From Escherichia coli (GTDB lineage: Bacteria > Pseudomonadota > Gammaproteobacteria > Enterobacterales > Enterobacteriaceae): DNA of 2,272 nucleotides. The DNA is taken from assembly GCF_003334255.1 (NCBI RefSeq), contig NZ_QOWU01000137.1. One strand, written 5' to 3'. Positions 1 through 2,272 of this stretch are shown in pieces. The number at the start of each line of letters is the position of its first letter. Position 1 is the first letter of the stretch. The notes under the pieces were generated by a model. It was not told where the DNA came from. It made no database searches and worked only from the letters and a program-made list of their open reading frames with translations. The position numbers and the translations under genes were made by a program.

Positions 1-4
1 GAGT

Positions 5-51
5 AGAGTAAGAGGCAGGGCGTAGTCGGACTATTTCCCTGCCTCTCCTCC
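5..51 (-). ncRNA. Group II intron domain VI with bulged branch-point adenosine (minus-strand A at window position 9)
   Basis: Minus strand GGAGAGGCAGGG ... CCCUGCCUCUUACUCU forms a long stem of 10 contiguous Watson-Crick pairs plus extensions. A single unpaired A on the 3' strand sits 7-8 nt from the window edge, matching the usual branch point to 3' splice site distance. Confidence 0.7.
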
Positions 52-53
52 CC

Positions 54-87
54 GAACCGGACGTGCACCTTTCAGCGCATCCGGCTC
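54..87 (-). ncRNA. Group II intron domain V (catalytic core hairpin)
   Basis: Minus strand reads GAGCCGGAUGCGCUGAAAGGUGCACGUCCGGUUC, 34 nt. It matches the domain V consensus: AGC catalytic triad near the 5' end, 9-bp lower stem including a G-U pair, 2-nt AC bulge on the 3' strand, 4-bp upper stem, and a UGAAAG loop. Differences from the common consensus keep base pairing intact. Confidence 0.92.
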
Positions 88-92
88 TCCAT

Positions 93-1616
93 TTAAATGC
101 TGGCGAACGCCATTGCCACTTCTGTAAAGCGCGATGTATACGTGTTTCTGGTCTCCGTCCTCAGATAGGGATTACCTTCGGGTAGCCGCCAGCGGAACAG
201 CTTCTTGCCTTGCCCCACCAACCGGTACAGTATTTCGCCGCTGAGCTTGCCGTGATTGGTTTTACCAAATAAAACCCACGTTTTGCTCTGACCCGGTTTC
301 GGTGATTTACACCACCACCTCATCAGGGAAGCGATACCTGTACGGTATTTGCGGGCCAGCCAGTGAGCCAGCTTCCAGAACACGACACGGTCGATATAAC
401 TGAAGACTTTGGCCTTAAAATCAACGAACTGATAGAACATGGCCCAGCCTTTCAGTTTTCGGTTGAGTTGTTCAGCCATATCGACTTTGCTTTCACTGTA
501 GTTGCCTGATAACAGTGCTGTCAGCGATGCGGCGAAGTTTCTGGCTTTCTCCTGCGGGATCGTTGAGACCACTCGCATCTCGCCATAACGACTGCGTTTG
601 CGAATGATCCTGTGCCCCAGAAAGATAAAGCCGTCATTAACATGGGTGATTTTAGTCTTATCCATGTTCAGCCTGAGTTTCAGACTGCCTTCGAGCACAC
701 CCCGACACTCCTCCCTGATGGCTTCCGCCTGTGCTTTGGTGCCTTTGACGATGAGGACAAAATCATCGGCATAGCGGCAGTACGCCACCGCGGGTTTCCA
801 CTGCCAGTTTTCTCTGACCGCCGTACTTCGGCCCCGTTGGATACTGTTATTCCAGTACCACCGATCTTTTCTGGCTTTCCCGCTCAGGTAGCGCTCATGC
901 AGGTATTGATCGAACTCATTCAGCATGATGTTCGATAATAGCGGCGATATAACACCGCCCTGTGGCACACCTTCACTGGCCGCCCGAAAGAGACCGACAT
1001 CGATATGTCCCGCCTTGATGGTTTTCCACAGCAGAGTCATGAAACGTGCGTCACTGATCCTGCGGCGTACAGCCTTCATCAGCAGTCGATGATGTACGGT
1101 GTCGAAGTAACTGGACAGGTCGCCTTCAATCACCCAGCGTCCCCGGGTTTCACCACAGTCTGTGAGCTGTAATTTCACCGTGCGGATCGCGTGGTGGACA
1201 CTGCGCTCAGGCCGGAAGCCATATGAGAGCGTATGAAAATCACTCTCCCATATCGGCTCCATCGCCATCAGCATGGCCCGCTGAACAATACGATCCCGCA
1301 ACGCGGGGATACCCAGTGGTCGCAGTTTGCCGTTGCTTTTAGGGATGTAAACCCGTCTGGCGGGCAAGGGCTGGTAGTGGCCTGAGAGTAATTCATCCCT
1401 GAGGATTTGCAGCTCAACAGCCAGTCTGGCCTGTAGCATTGTTTTGTTCACGCCATCAACGCCGGGGGTATGGGCCCCCTTTGATGAAAGCGTGATCCGC
1501 GCCGCTTCAGCCAGCCATTCTGGTTGTGTTATCAGACGCAGCAGCCGTTGAATCCGTAGGGACGGATCGGTGGCTGCCCATGTGGCAAGCTTGCGTTGCA
1601 TTTCGCTGATTATCAA
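93..1616 (-). CDS. Group II intron-encoded protein: reverse transcriptase / maturase, apparently without an endonuclease domain
   Basis: 507-aa ORF with the group II RT motifs in order: TPGVDGV (aa 50-56), PLGIP (100-104), SYGFRPERS (131-139), DLSSYFDTV (166-174), PQGGVISPLLSNIML (218-232), YADD (282-285, codons at 762..773), KITHVNDGFIFLG (322-334). A maturase/thumb-like region follows with GWAMFYQF (390-397). Stop codon TAA at 93..95. The C-terminal 70 aa contain one Cys and no HNH/zinc-finger pattern. The track start at 1616 is a TTG codon; the first ATG is 5 codons downstream (1599..1601). Confidence 0.93.
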   Translation of the reverse strand: MIISEMQRKLATWAATDPSLRIQRLLRLITQPEWLAEAARITLSSKGAHTPGVDGVNKTMLQARLAVELQILRDELLSGHYQPLPARRVYIPKSNGKLRPLGIPALRDRIVQRAMLMAMEPIWESDFHTLSYGFRPERSVHHAIRTVKLQLTDCGETRGRWVIEGDLSSYFDTVHHRLLMKAVRRRISDARFMTLLWKTIKAGHIDVGLFRAASEGVPQGGVISPLLSNIMLNEFDQYLHERYLSGKARKDRWYWNNSIQRGRSTAVRENWQWKPAVAYCRYADDFVLIVKGTKAQAEAIREECRGVLEGSLKLRLNMDKTKITHVNDGFIFLGHRIIRKRSRYGEMRVVSTIPQEKARNFAASLTALLSGNYSESKVDMAEQLNRKLKGWAMFYQFVDFKAKVFSYIDRVVFWKLAHWLARKYRTGIASLMRWWCKSPKPGQSKTWVLFGKTNHGKLSGEILYRLVGQGKKLFRWRLPEGNPYLRTETRNTYTSRFTEVAMAFASI

Positions 1617-2272
1617 AGGTCTTCACCTCGTTAGGTCAGTTAATTCACGTCGCAAACACATTCAAACTGCTTCCCTTCGCCATGTAATGGGCTTTCCCCA
1701 TCGCGGACTACTACGGAAGCTCCGCCAGCCAGCGCGTCATCGGAGCCATGCCCCCTTAACATCCGTCGCTGACCTTCCCCGGTTTACCTGCCTGGACTCA
1801 GGCATACTGAGGAGGCTGCCCGTCGCACTCTTTATCCTTGCTTGCCGCAAGTTGGCAGAAGTCAGCAACGCAAGTGTGATAGACGCTGCTGCCCCGGTGT
1901 TTCGCATACATGTCAAAACACCTTCGACCGGCAGTGCTTACGTATCACTGCCAGTTCCTCCTGCACGGCCTGTCAGATCACGTAGGCCGTGGTGACGTTT
2001 TCAACCCACAGAGGCGGATTAACGGGTTCATGTTCTTCAGCCTTTCAGTACTTAACCTTGAGGATCATCTCGGCTTAGTGATCTCGCCTCAATCCCCGTT
2101 GTCAGCGGGTTACATCACCCTGCGGGCATGCCGCAGGTCACTGCCGCTCAGGTTCTCCACCGTCACACCCGGTGGGATTGTTGGGTTTCTCATCGTGAGT
2201 TACCGGTTCAATATTCCAGACAGACTCGCGGTTCATTTAAGCATCCATGCCCGCCCTGAACTCCGGGCACAC
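1617..2272 (-). ncRNA. Group II intron ribozyme 5' portion (domains I-III and the 5' part of domain IV)
   Basis: About 650 nt of non-coding, hairpin-rich sequence between the GUGUG 5' end and the IEP start. This is the usual size and position for domains I-III. Individual domains and exon-binding sites were not mapped because no exon sequence is available. Confidence 0.75.
1624..1629 (-). promoter_or_regulatory. Putative Shine-Dalgarno sequence (GAGGUG) for the IEP
   Basis: Minus strand reads CGAGGTGAAGACCT-TTG: GAGGTG lies 7 nt upstream of the TTG at 1616 and about 22 nt upstream of the first in-frame ATG. The spacing favours the TTG start. Confidence 0.45.

Larger units (their letters stand above)
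1..2272 (-). mobile_element. Complete group II intron (self-splicing retroelement) with intron-encoded protein; boundaries uncertain by about 3 nt at the low-coordinate end
   Basis: Seen in sequence: the minus strand begins GUGUGCCCGG at 2272 (group II 5' consensus GUGYG). A large RT/maturase ORF is embedded at 93..1616. A canonical domain V (54..87) is followed by a domain VI hairpin with a bulged A 7-8 nt from the window edge. Layout is the standard DI-III / ORF in DIV / DV / DVI order. Confidence 0.9.

Noticed and set aside
1-92. Non-coding stretch downstream of the IEP stop that could be taken for an intergenic or promoter region
   Set aside because: It is fully accounted for by intron domains V and VI on the minus strand, so it is structured RNA rather than regulatory DNA.
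612-938. 108-aa ORF on the plus strand
   Set aside because: It lies entirely antisense to the RT active-site region of the minus-strand IEP, including the YADD codons at 762..773. It has no recognisable motifs or ribosome-binding context and is best explained as a chance open frame opposite a real gene.
1570-1995. 141-aa ORF on the plus strand
   Set aside because: It is antisense to the intron ribozyme domains I-III and the IEP start. The product is Arg/Pro/Ser-rich and low-complexity-like, typical of spurious frames in structured RNA regions.
2118-2137. Perfect inverted repeat CCTGCGG-CATGC-CCGCAGG that could be mistaken for a terminator
   Set aside because: No U-tract follows it on either strand, and it sits inside intron domain I, where stable hairpins are expected as part of the ribozyme fold.
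1-2272. Possibility of a novel defence or other undescribed system
   Set aside because: Every part of the window is explained by a single canonical group II intron. There is no additional gene, repeat array or unexplained structure. Any novelty would have to come from the insertion context, which is outside the window.

Overview
The whole window is essentially one complete bacterial group II intron (self-splicing retroelement) on the minus strand; I see no evidence of a novel or undescribed system. Read 5'->3' on the minus strand, it starts with GUGUG at window position 2272, followed by about 650 nt of ribozyme domains I-III (1617..2272). A 507-codon intron-encoded reverse transcriptase/maturase ORF sits in domain IV (93..1616) with an intact YADD active site. 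A textbook 34-nt domain V lies at 54..87 and a domain VI hairpin with a bulged branch-point A at about 5..51, so the intron ends within the first 1-3 nt of the window. No flanking exon is visible, so the host gene and insertion target cannot be determined here. The protein appears to lack the C-terminal HNH endonuclease domain. The two plus-strand ORFs in the track are antisense to the intron and I consider them spurious.
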